Below, in pieces: positions 9,508 through 18,214 of a stretch of DNA of 32,000 bases; position 1 is the first letter of the stretch, and each line of letters starts with the position of its first letter. The position numbers were made by a program, and so were the translations under genes. The DNA is taken from NCBI RefSeq assembly GCF_000219355.1, contig NC_015722.1:1140001-1172000 (forward strand), given 5' to 3'. A model generated the notes under the pieces. That model did not search any database and was not told the origin of the DNA. It saw only the letters and a list, made by a program, of their open reading frames with translations. This DNA comes from Candidatus Midichloria mitochondrii IricVA (GTDB taxonomy: Bacteria; Pseudomonadota; Alphaproteobacteria; Rickettsiales; Midichloriaceae).

Positions 9508-10053
9508 TTAAGGATGAGTATCTTCCTCTACTACCACTAATTTACTTAATACACCAAAATCAATATATTTGTTATAACGCTGAATAAGAAAGCTTCTTAC
9601 TTTGTACCATACTGATTCAGAGTTTAATTGTTTACTGAGCTGCAGCAGATATTTTTGTTTTTCATCTAGGGTATTATGCTGATTAGCATTAAGCTTAGTA
9701 AATGCTATAATTTCCAATTGCTCAACACTCTTACCGTAAATCATTTGCACTTGCTGTAGTAGTTTATCTTGTGCGTATTCTGAAATCTCAATATTTTGAA
9801 GTAGTTTGACTTGATACTGATTATCAACTACACCAATAAAAGTGCGGGAGCTTAACAATTCATAAGCTGTATCAGAATCAAAGATGCCAATAATTTTACG
9901 TTTTAGCTGAGCTTGTTTGCTAGTATCAGTACTACCTTCTATCTCATTTAGATACTGCTCTTTAGCTTTATCTGCATCGTGATAGTTAAACTGAAAACTC
10001 TCATCATTGGCTTTAGTAACTTCTCTTAGCTCGTTAGCAAGAGCCTTGGCCAT
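9508..10053 (-). CDS. Hypothetical protein (181 aa)
   Basis: Uninterrupted ORF convergent with dam. No family recognised. Confidence 0.45.
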   Translation of the reverse strand: MAKALANELREVTKANDESFQFNYHDADKAKEQYLNEIEGSTDTSKQAQLKRKIIGIFDSDTAYELLSSRTFIGVVDNQYQVKLLQNIEISEYAQDKLLQQVQMIYGKSVEQLEIIAFTKLNANQHNTLDEKQKYLLQLSKQLNSESVWYKVRSFLIQRYNKYIDFGVLSKLVVVEEDTHP

Positions 10054-10203
10054 GTAATTCAGTAGAACTTTCTTTATGACCCAAAGTGATGATTAGAATA
10101 CTCTCCTGCAAGCTTTAAAAGCAACTTATTGATAGATTAAACTCTCGATTAGATTTTATGCGTAGTAAATCAGCATCTTCTTGGCTTAATGGGTAGAAAT
10201 CTG

Positions 10204-10993
10204 CTAATTTTTTCTTTTGAACCAGCCTTTATTGTTTCTAGATTCTACTGCTGCATTGTTATCAGATACGTGGTTGCCTCCTGAATAATTAGCATTATCA
10301 GTAACTGCTTGTAATGCTTGATTTACCTGTACTGGGTTTACAGAATTTTTACATTCTGGTTCTTTTCTGCTATCTTGCTTATTATTTGCTGATTTTTCTG
10401 CTGTAAATTGTAAATCTTGTTCTAGATTTTGCTCTGGTCCAGATTGTAATAATTGTTCATCTTGATCAATTTCATTTTTGTTAAAAATTTCACTAGATCT
10501 AGATTTATTAGATATATTTTTATTACTATCTATATATTTTTGGAGTAGGTGAAAAATTTTTTTCATTATCGCGAGTCATTTTACTAGAGGCAGGTTGGAA
10601 ATTTCTAGCTAGCTTAATGCAAGGAGTATTACGGCATTTAATTCCATATTTAACTATCGTTGCTTTATGCATATCAATAAAACCACTTTTTTTTAACTCA
10701 AGTAAGCACTGTCTTACACGTTCTTAGCAGACTCTTAAGTTTTCTTCAAAGAAGGCATAGGTCTCTTGGAGTTCATCGATACTATTATTGTAGTAAATTT
10801 GCATGCGAAATACTATTAGAGACAATAGCTGTCTTGAAGTCTTACTTAATATCTTACCATTATGAGATGAGAGATTATTCCATTCAGGGGGGATAAAATT
10901 ACCAACAAAACTATAAAATATAGGAGGATTATTATCTCTATGATCATGTGTTACACAATCAGGAGTAAAATCTGTGCAGCACACAGTGAGCAT
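10204..10993 (-). pseudogene. Uncharacterised gene remnant with a possible winged-helix DNA-binding segment
   Basis: ORF 10993-10724 continues through an in-frame TAA as ...EENLRVC*ERVRQCLLELKKSGFIDMH..IVKYGIK, which looks winged-helix-like. A frame change at the T7 run 10557-10563 links it to the low-complexity ORF 10566-10204. Confidence 0.35.
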
Positions 10994-11133
10994 AAGACCT
11001 CAACTTAAACATCAGTTTAAAAGAGGAACTCAAGACAATTAAAGCATCATTTTTAAAAATGCGAGGAGCATATAGTGAGCATATAGAGTTTAAAGGCAAA
11101 ATTAGCAGATTATAGAAACCCTTACTTTAAGGG

Positions 11134-11210
11134 TGGTGGGCGATAGAGGGTTCGAACCTCTGACCTCTACGATGTCAACGTAGCACTCTAACCAGCTGAG
11201 CTAACCGCCC
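11134..11210 (-). tRNA. tRNA-Val (anticodon GAC), CCA encoded
   Basis: Reverse complement: GGGCGGT TA GCTCAGCTGGTTAGAGT G CTACG TTGACAT CGTAG AGGTC AGAGG TTCGAAC CCTCT ATCGCCC A CCA. It forms a full cloverleaf with a 7-bp acceptor stem and a GTTCGAA T-loop. Confidence 0.95.
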
Positions 11211-11328
11211 TTTTTAATATTTTTATGCAGATTGATTACCTTATACCTGTCTAGCCGCTTATACATAAAAAATCGCAGATAAGCAAGCTCCATAAATTTT
11301 TTAATTAATAAGATTTAAGGTATATAAA

Positions 11329-11658
11329 GTGAAGTTAAGAGAAGGAAAAGAAAATTCTAGCACATCTGTTATTTTGGAAAGAATGAAAAAAATTTCACTC
11401 AATATAATGCGCAAAATCCAGAATAGTATAGGTGGTTTTAGAGAAATTGATAAAATAATGGCCGACATTAAAGGTAAGGATAGTATTATCACCGTTTTTC
11501 TAAAAATTTCCTCCCTGCTGTGCAAATTAATAATTATAGAAAGTAAGATTGATGATAAAAAAATTCAAACTAATTTTAATGACACAGATATACAACTAAT
11601 AAAAGATTTTTTATCTAATTACAATCAAGACAAAGAAGGAGTTGAAAATGAAGAGTGA
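11329..11658 (+). CDS. Hypothetical protein, possibly a remnant of the gene upstream of g12 in a GTA/phage tail module
   Basis: 109-aa ORF whose stop overlaps the start of the DUF2460-like pseudogene by 11 nt, a phage-style coupling. No family recognised. Confidence 0.3.
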   Translation: MKLREGKENSSTSVILERMKKISLNIMRKIQNSIGGFREIDKIMADIKGKDSIITVFLKISSLLCKLIIIESKIDDKKIQTNFNDTDIQLIKDFLSNYNQDKEGVENEE

Positions 11659-12264
11659 TTTTGTTGAAGGGCGCTTTCCAGAAGATATTTCTTTAGGAGC
11701 CATAGGAGGGCCAGAATACAAGACAGAAATTTATTTCCTCTAAAGTGGAAGGGAATATAGGAATATTAGATGGAGTAGTTCAAGGTCTAAATATAATGTC
11801 TCATATGGCATAAAAACAAAAGAACAAATTGAAAAGGTAGTATCATTTTTCAGAGCAAGAAAAGGAAGAGCTATAGGTTTTAGATTTAAAGATTAGTGCG
11901 ATCATCAAGCCGAAAAAGAAATGATTGGAGCCGGCAACAATCTCAATGCTAAATTTCAATTAATAAAGAAATATGAAAGTGGAAACGCCTATGATATCAG
12001 AACTATAACGAAGCCAGTTAACGACACATTAAAAATTTACCTCCAGAATAAAATAATATCTTCCAGCGATTATAAAATTGACTACAATAAAGGCATAATC
12101 GAATTTCTGTTACCTCAACAGATCCAGAGATGGAAATTTTTGCGAGTTTCGAATTTGATGTTCCTGTTAGATTTGATAACGATTACCTTCACATTTCAAT
12201 TGATGATGCACATGTTCATTCTTGCAGTAATATAAATCTTATAGAGATAAAATTTAATAATTAA
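11648..12264 (+). pseudogene. DUF2460/TIGR02217-family phage tail protein (RcGTA g12-like), full length but inactivated
   Basis: MKSDFVEGRFPEDISLGAIGGPEYKTEIYFL*SGREYRNIRW...FFRARKGRAIGFRFKD*CDHQA...FQLIKKY......IRTITKPV, and after a frameshift FEFDVPVRFDNDYL. This matches the family pattern F.E.RFP..IS.G..GGP.F.T......SG.E.RN..W....F..AR.GR..GFRFKDW.D ... FEFDVPVRFD.D. It has two in-frame stops (TAA, and TAG at the conserved Trp) and at least one frameshift. Confidence 0.8.
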
Positions 12265-13694
12265 AGCCAACCTAAAGTTTCCAACCAACAAACCCCTATA
12301 GTAGACCAAATTAATAAGTGGAAGACACCGATTATAAAGCCAGCAGCCCACCAACTTTTAACGCTCATATGGCTTGAACCAAAAAATATAGGAGCAGAGG
12401 TGGTGCCATAATGTGTTAAGCAAGCGGATAAATTCGCTAAAACAGCAAGGACAAGCGCTGTAGCAAGAGGAGGTACTCCAAAAGCAATTAAAAGCATAGC
12501 AAAAGTAACATACATCACCGAAGCATAAACAGTAATACTCGCAAAAAAGTAATGCATATAAAAAAATAATATTAGCAGTATTGGTATAGCAAAGGTAGCA
12601 TTATAACTACTTAAAGCTTCCTCTATATTATCTCCGATCCACTTTGTTACTCCCATCTCACTCAAGAATTTTGATAGCATAACAAACCCTGCAAACCAAA
12701 TAAATGTTCTCCAGGCTTCTTTTTCATTCATTGCATCATCCCAAGTAATTACACCGGTTAAAAGTAAGACAATAAATCCTAATAACGCCGTTGTAGTTGC
12801 ATCCACTCCAAAAGAACTGCCTCCAACCCATAGTATTATAAGCACTGCAAAAGTTATCAAAACCATGATTTCATTTCTTGAAAAAGGCCCCATATCTTTC
12901 AAAACTGTTTGTGCTAGAATTGGGGCATGAACCATATTATTAACATGCGGTTTGATTACAAATTTTATAATGAAAGGTAATATAAGCAATGCGCAAATAC
13001 CAGGTACTATGGCACCTAGAGCCCAATTAGTAATCGATAGATCTATACCTATACCGCTTGCTAAACCAGAAATAAGAGGATTACCAGCCATCGCAGTAAA
13101 AAACATGGAGCTAGTAATCACATTAGCTTGAAAGCATAACTGCATCAAGAATTGTCTAATCTTAGTATCATGTTTACCAGCAGAAACAAAGTTATATTGG
13201 TCAGTTAAAGCCTGGGCTACAGGAAAGATTACTGCCCCTCCCCTAGCCGAAGCACTTGGAATAAACGGCGCTAAAAATAGTTCAGTAAAAATTAAACCAT
13301 ATGATAAACCAATTATATTATGACCAAGCTTGGCTATAAAATAATATGCTATTCTTTTTCCCAAATTGGACTTTATTATTGCCCTTGAGATAAAAAATGC
13401 AAAAACAACTAACCATACCATATATGAGCCAAAACCTGAGAAAGCCTGAGTTAACGTCAATGTATCAGTAAGTAGGCTTACTAATATACTTAGCATCACC
13501 AACACCCCCATTGGCATGGGATTCAATATCGCACCCGCAACTGTAGCTGAAAAGATTATTAATAAATTCCATGACTTGACACTTAAACCTTCGGATGCTG
13601 GCATCACAAACAATATAGCTCCCATAAAAAATATAAGTGCTAACTTTAGGCTTCCCGTTTTTAAATTAAGCATAAATATGATAGCTAAACCCAA
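12261..13694 (-). CDS. DASS (SLC13/DiT-type) family anion/dicarboxylate transporter, 2-oxoglutarate/malate translocator-like
   Basis: 477-aa polytopic membrane ORF with the PSASARGGAVIFPV motif (PS..AR.GG...P) typical of DiT/SodiT-type DASS carriers. Intact. Confidence 0.85.
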   Translation of the reverse strand: MGLAIIFMLNLKTGSLKLALIFFMGAILFVMPASEGLSVKSWNLLIIFSATVAGAILNPMPMGVLVMLSILVSLLTDTLTLTQAFSGFGSYMVWLVVFAFFISRAIIKSNLGKRIAYYFIAKLGHNIIGLSYGLIFTELFLAPFIPSASARGGAVIFPVAQALTDQYNFVSAGKHDTKIRQFLMQLCFQANVITSSMFFTAMAGNPLISGLASGIGIDLSITNWALGAIVPGICALLILPFIIKFVIKPHVNNMVHAPILAQTVLKDMGPFSRNEIMVLITFAVLIILWVGGSSFGVDATTTALLGFIVLLLTGVITWDDAMNEKEAWRTFIWFAGFVMLSKFLSEMGVTKWIGDNIEEALSSYNATFAIPILLILFFYMHYFFASITVYASVMYVTFAMLLIAFGVPPLATALVLAVLANLSACLTHYGTTSAPIFFGSSHMSVKSWWAAGFIIGVFHLLIWSTIGVCWLETLGWL

Positions 13695-13779
13695 AAATTA
13701 AATTTTCTCTCATTTAATAAAATTTTCTGATTACTGCAACAACATTAATTTTTTATTAGTAATAAAAAATATTAATCCT

Positions 13780-14226
13780 ATGGCTCAAAACACTATCTTA
13801 ATAAAATGCTGGCTATTAACACCTTAACCAATGGGAAATTAATTGGCTTCAACGATCACAATCAAGATATCGTAATAAATATATGCCAACTCTTCAGAGG
13901 TTAGTACTATAGCTCAAAGCTTGAATAATCCCCTTAATTCATTTGAATTTAGGACTATATTAAATCATGAAACTATTAAATTGTCTGAAATTATGGCTGG
14001 ATTATATGATAACGCTTGGGTTGAAATCTTTTTGATTGATTTGAATAATCAAGATAAAAAAATTTGGACTAAAAAAGGACTTATTTCTGAAATCAAAATT
14101 CAAGGTGAGCGAATAACTGCTAACGTAAAAAGTATATTATCGCTATTTGATCAGGCTCTAGGTAGTTTTTATTCTGAAAACTGTCGAGCCTCATTTGTGC
14201 TGATACAAAATGTGAAATGCAAATTA
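13780..14226 (+). pseudogene. DUF2163/TIGR02218 (BR0599) family phage protein (RcGTA g13-like), N-terminal half only
   Basis: MAQNTILIKCWLLT/LTNGKLIGFNDHNQDIVINI/YANSS...SEIMAGLYDNAWVEIFLIDL......W.KKGLISEIKIQGERITANVKSILSLFDQALGSFYSENCRASF fits the family pattern CW.I.R.DG...GFTDHD.D..F.G..Y ... G.YD.A.V.I ... C.A.LG. It has at least two frameshifts (near 13822 and 13880). The ORF is cut at 14227 by the IS derivative. Confidence 0.72.
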
Positions 14227-14692
14227 ACCTCAAGTTCGACGTAAGGAGTAGGCCCGTGAGCTTATTTTTCCATGAGATATATTGGGTTTGAAAACATAAG
14301 CCAAGAGCCCTGAGAAGAGAGGCCTGCCAAGAAATTGTTTGGCGAGCGATGCCGTGGTGTGCTGGATTTGGCAATTCCTCTCTGAAAGAGATTTGAACAC
14401 AGTTTAGGTAAAAATCTTTGAAGGTCCGGTATGCCTCAAATGAAACAAAACGAGGATCGTTATAACTTCGGAAAGCATCATCCCAGACTCTCGTTCCCTT
14501 TGTCTCTGCGAGTTTCTTAAGGATCTTTGGTACGTGAGTTGTCGCTTGCAAAAATCATCAATCAAACAAAATATTTCTACTAGGGAAACCACTTTCCTTA
14601 TTTATCGTGAAATTGAGAAAAACTTAATGGTTACACAGCTTCTTTGAAGCCATATCAGATAATTTCTTTAAAACTTAACATTAAACTGGGGT
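14227..14692 (-). mobile_element. Internally deleted (466 bp) IS982-family derivative with both termini retained
   Basis: Right terminus ACCTCAAG at 14227 and left terminus CTGGGGT at 14686-14692. The internal ~480 bp is missing, with the junction at GGATTTGGCAA|TTCCTCTC. Residual N-terminal frame MVSLVEIFCLIDDFCK. Confidence 0.85.
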
Positions 14693-14779
14693 TAGATAAC
14701 CTTCTCGTGATTTCAGTACAGTTGCTATAAATGGGTTTTTCTTGTAATCTGCAATAGGATTTTTATCAATAAATTTTAG

Positions 14780-16160
14780 ATGAAAAAGAAATTAGCATAT
14801 TTTTGTCAAGACTGCGGAGCGCAGTATACTAAATGGCTTGGGAAATGCGAAGAGTGTGGGGCGTGGAATAGTATCGTTGGTGAAGAAGTTACGGTCCAAA
14901 AAAGGCAATACATTAAAATTAGAAGAGACTATTGTCTCAACTTTGTCTAGCCCTATCACAGCGGTTAACAGGTTAGATACCGGCATGAATGAGTTTAATA
15001 GAGTTTTAGGCGGAGGATTGGTCAAGGGCTCAGCAGTATTAATTGCAGGTGAACCTGGAATAGGCAAATCCACGTTATTACTGCAGTTTGCAGCGTTGAT
15101 ATCGCAAAATTCTCGTAGTTGTTTATATGTAAGCGCTGAGGAATCTATTGAGCAAATACAGATGAGAGCAGCGAGGCTTGGTTTGTCAGAAGCTAGTGTT
15201 TTGCTAATTTCTACTTCATCTTTAACGTATATACTGGATATCGCTAAAAAAGTTAATGATATGGGAGTTATTATAATTGATTCCATCCAGACCTTGAGAA
15301 ATGATTTGATCGATTCAGCGCCTGGCACTGTAACTCAGGTCAAGAGCTGTACTATGGAAATGATAGCTCATGCTAAAAAATCTGGAACGAGTTTAATTAT
15401 AGTTGGTCATGTAACAAAAGATGGACAAATAGCTGGCCCTAAGGTTCTAGAGCATATGGCTGATACTGTAATATATTTTGAGGGAGACAATACTCAACAA
15501 TTTAGAGTTGTTAGAACTATTAAAAACCGCTATGGACCAACTAATGAAATAGGGATTTTTGAAATGAGTAGCTCAGGATTAAATGAAGTAAAAAATCCTT
15601 CTGCAATGTTTATGCCAGCTTCAGGGCTTGGAACAAGTGGATCCTGCATTTTTGCCGGTATTGAAGGTACGCGCCCAATTATGGTTGAAATACAGGCATT
15701 GGTATCGCCGTCTTTCTTAGCAACTCCAAGGAGATCTGCGGTCGGCTGGGACGTTAATCGACTCGCTATGATGATTGCAATACTTGGAGCTAGATATGGG
15801 CTTAACTTATCAGATAAAGAGGTTTATTTAAACGTGGTTGGGGGGATGAAAATTACTGAACCTGCTGCTGATTTAGCAGTAATTGCTGCGTTAATCTCAG
15901 CTGCCTCAAACATTGTTATTCCAAGGGAGATGGTGTTTTTTGGTGAAGTTGGCCTATCTGGCGAGGTGAGACAAGTTATACAGTATGAAAGCCGATTAAA
16001 TGAAGCTATAAAGCTTGGAATTGAAAAAGCAGTTATGCCATCGGAACGAAAAGTATTAACTTGCAATATTAATAGATCTTGGATAAAGCACATTCTTGAA
16101 TTAAAAAAAGTAATCAACAACAGAGGAGATCATAAAAATGGACCTGTTAAAGAGTATTAA
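14780..16160 (+). CDS. radA: DNA repair protein RadA/Sms, interrupted by a 1-nt frameshift at an A6 run
   Basis: Zinc-finger N-terminus MKKKLAYFCQDCGAQYTKWLGKCEECGAWNSI is read from ATG 14780. After the A6 run at 14898-14903 the rest of the protein is in another frame (tracked ORF from 14838): Walker A GEPGIGKSTLLLQ, KNRYGPTNE, and the Lon-like C-terminal domain. Confidence 0.92.
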
Positions 16161-16959
16161 TTATAATGCTTTGAATTATATAGATATGGGTGTGATAGCT
16201 ATCACTACTCTTTCTATAATCTTTGGGATTTTTAGAGGGTTTATAATATCAGTAATCAGTTTGATGGGCTGGGTCGCCTCTATCGTTGTAACTTATCGGT
16301 ATGCCCCTTTATTTAAAAAAATTTTGGCCGCCTATTTTCATTCAGAGACACTACAACTAATTTTGAGCTATAGTGGTTTACTGATCGTGTGCTTAATGGC
16401 GTTTGCGATTTTAAATTCTCTTTTTTCTGCCATGACTTTGGGTATGCGAGGGGGGTTTTTTGATAGATTACTTGGTTTGTTATTTGGTTTGTTTAGAGGC
16501 GCGCTAATCTCTTCTTTTATTTTCATGTGCATTAATTTTAGTTTTGCGTTTTTAGCTTCTAGTGATGAAATAGAAAAGGATGTTTTACCTGAGGTAGTAA
16601 AAAAAGCACAAACCTATAAGCTATTAAAAATAGGGAACGCCGTGCTGCTAGATTTTATGCCCTCTGCTCTAGATAAAAGATTAAAAAGTATTGCTGATAC
16701 CTTTGTTGATAATGCAATAGATGATAAATTTGTGGGGGGCATGGTAAGAAAGATGTATCAAGATATGAGCGAGCTCGAGATTGATGAGATTGAAAGAAAA
16801 ATTCAACAAAGAGGAATCGATCACGATGAGAAACAGGTGGCCAAAACCGTATTAGATTACTACAGGCAAAAAGTTGGGGAGCAAAAATTAGATCCAAAAA
16901 GCTTAGAAAAATTAGAAAGAATTATTGATATTGAGGTGATGCCAGAATATGAATACTAA
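16138..16959 (+). CDS. cvpA: CvpA-family membrane protein with a long hydrophilic C-terminal extension
   Basis: The N-terminal ~150 aa has the CvpA arrangement of four helices (IDMGVIAITTLSIIFGIFRGFI...). It overlaps the radA stop by 23 nt. Confidence 0.75.
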   Translation: MDLLKSINYNALNYIDMGVIAITTLSIIFGIFRGFIISVISLMGWVASIVVTYRYAPLFKKILAAYFHSETLQLILSYSGLLIVCLMAFAILNSLFSAMTLGMRGGFFDRLLGLLFGLFRGALISSFIFMCINFSFAFLASSDEIEKDVLPEVVKKAQTYKLLKIGNAVLLDFMPSALDKRLKSIADTFVDNAIDDKFVGGMVRKMYQDMSELEIDEIERKIQQRGIDHDEKQVAKTVLDYYRQKVGEQKLDPKSLEKLERIIDIEVMPEYEY

Positions 16960-17814
16960 TTATTCCTTAGGCATAGCGCTCAAAATATTAAACTTATTGC
17001 TGATTACGATATATTCTCTTTTATTAATTAAGTTTGGCCAAGGTTTTGCTGCTTCCCAGTTCTGCTTTTTAATCGTCTTAATTGCGCTGGTTTTTTTGCT
17101 GCCGACAGTATTGTTTTTAAAAATAAACTTAAAGCTAACTAGGCGGGTTTTTAAGTTGCATATATTACGAGCATTTTTTAATTGTGGAGGAATTATAAGC
17201 TGGGTCTCAGCGCTCAGACATATAGGTGCTAATGAAGCAACAGCTATAAGTTATACAATTCCCATCTTTACTAGTATACTGGCTTGGTTCTACTGTGGAG
17301 AAAAACTAAATGGAAAATGCCTAATAGGAGTTTTCTCTGGCATAATCGGAACATTGATAGTGCTACGGCCGAGCTTTGATGTTAATGCCTTGGGAATATT
17401 ATATGCAGCCTTTTCTGCTTGTATGTGGGCGTGTTATGATATCATCTGTAAAAAGCAAACAAAAACGGAACATTATTTAAAACAGGTTTTTTTAACTTTC
17501 TATTTACGGCTTTGATCTTACTGCCTTTGAGCATGTTAGAGTGGAAGGAAGTTGTGATTCAAAATTTGCTTGAGATATCTGTGATAAGTATATTAAGTGC
17601 AACCAATGTAGTGATTCTATTTTTAGCCTACAGACTTGCACCATTGATCTTACTTATGCCCTTTTATTACTTAAGGCTTTTGTTTATGGCTATTGCAACC
17701 TATCTGTTATTTGGGGAGGTGTTAAAAATCGAAACAATTATCGGAGTTTTGATAATTAGCATTTCAAGCGGGTTTATATTTTGGCAGCAATACAAAGGTA
17801 AAATAAAATTATGA
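16949..17814 (+). CDS. EamA/DMT-family transporter, interrupted by a 1-nt frameshift at a T7 run
   Basis: Two adjacent ORFs (16949-17515 and 17512-17814) together make a 10-helix EamA-type protein. Adding one T to the run at 17487-17493 gives the continuous ...HYLKQVFFNFLFTALILLPLSMLEW. Confidence 0.8.
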
Positions 17815-17829
17815 GTCTACTTGAAAACC

Positions 17830-18214
17830 CCTTAGCTCCTGATCTAAATTTCCTTCAGTGAAGCTCCATATAGTCTGGAGGTTTGTCCCATTCGCTCATT
17901 GTATACCTCAAAAGATGTTTTTTCTACGTTGTTATTGAGCAACAACTCTTTATTGTTACTTGAAATAAAGTTCTTAATCATTGCTAGATGGCCATCAGGC
18001 GCTATATCTTTAGACCTCTATAGAGCTTTGCTTCAATGTAATATCCTACTCAACTATCGACCCATAACCTGCTCTGACTGCATATGTAAAGGCATCATTA
18101 CCGGCATAATCTTTATATATAGCACCAGCTGTAATAAGTTTATCCACTAATTCTCGATTACCTTTGGCTGCGGCATCGATAAGTATAGTTGCTATTTGAG
18201 AATAACCCCTTATA
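17830..18214 (-). pseudogene. Ankyrin-repeat protein remnant
   Basis: Directly after the IS terminus, the minus strand reads ATILIDAAAKGNRELVDKLITAGAIYKDYAGNDAFTYAVRAGYGSIVE*, an ankyrin consensus (A...GN.E.V..LI.AGA......G..A...A...G). Further degenerate repeats with stops and frameshifts follow (DGHLAMIKNFISSNNKELLLNNNV). Confidence 0.5.

Noticed and set aside
8534-10053. dam plus the convergent 181-aa ORF as a type II restriction-modification pair.
   Set aside because: I see no convincing PD-(D/E)XK or other nuclease motif in the 181-aa protein. This cannot be supported from sequence alone, so it is kept only as something to test under the dam finding.
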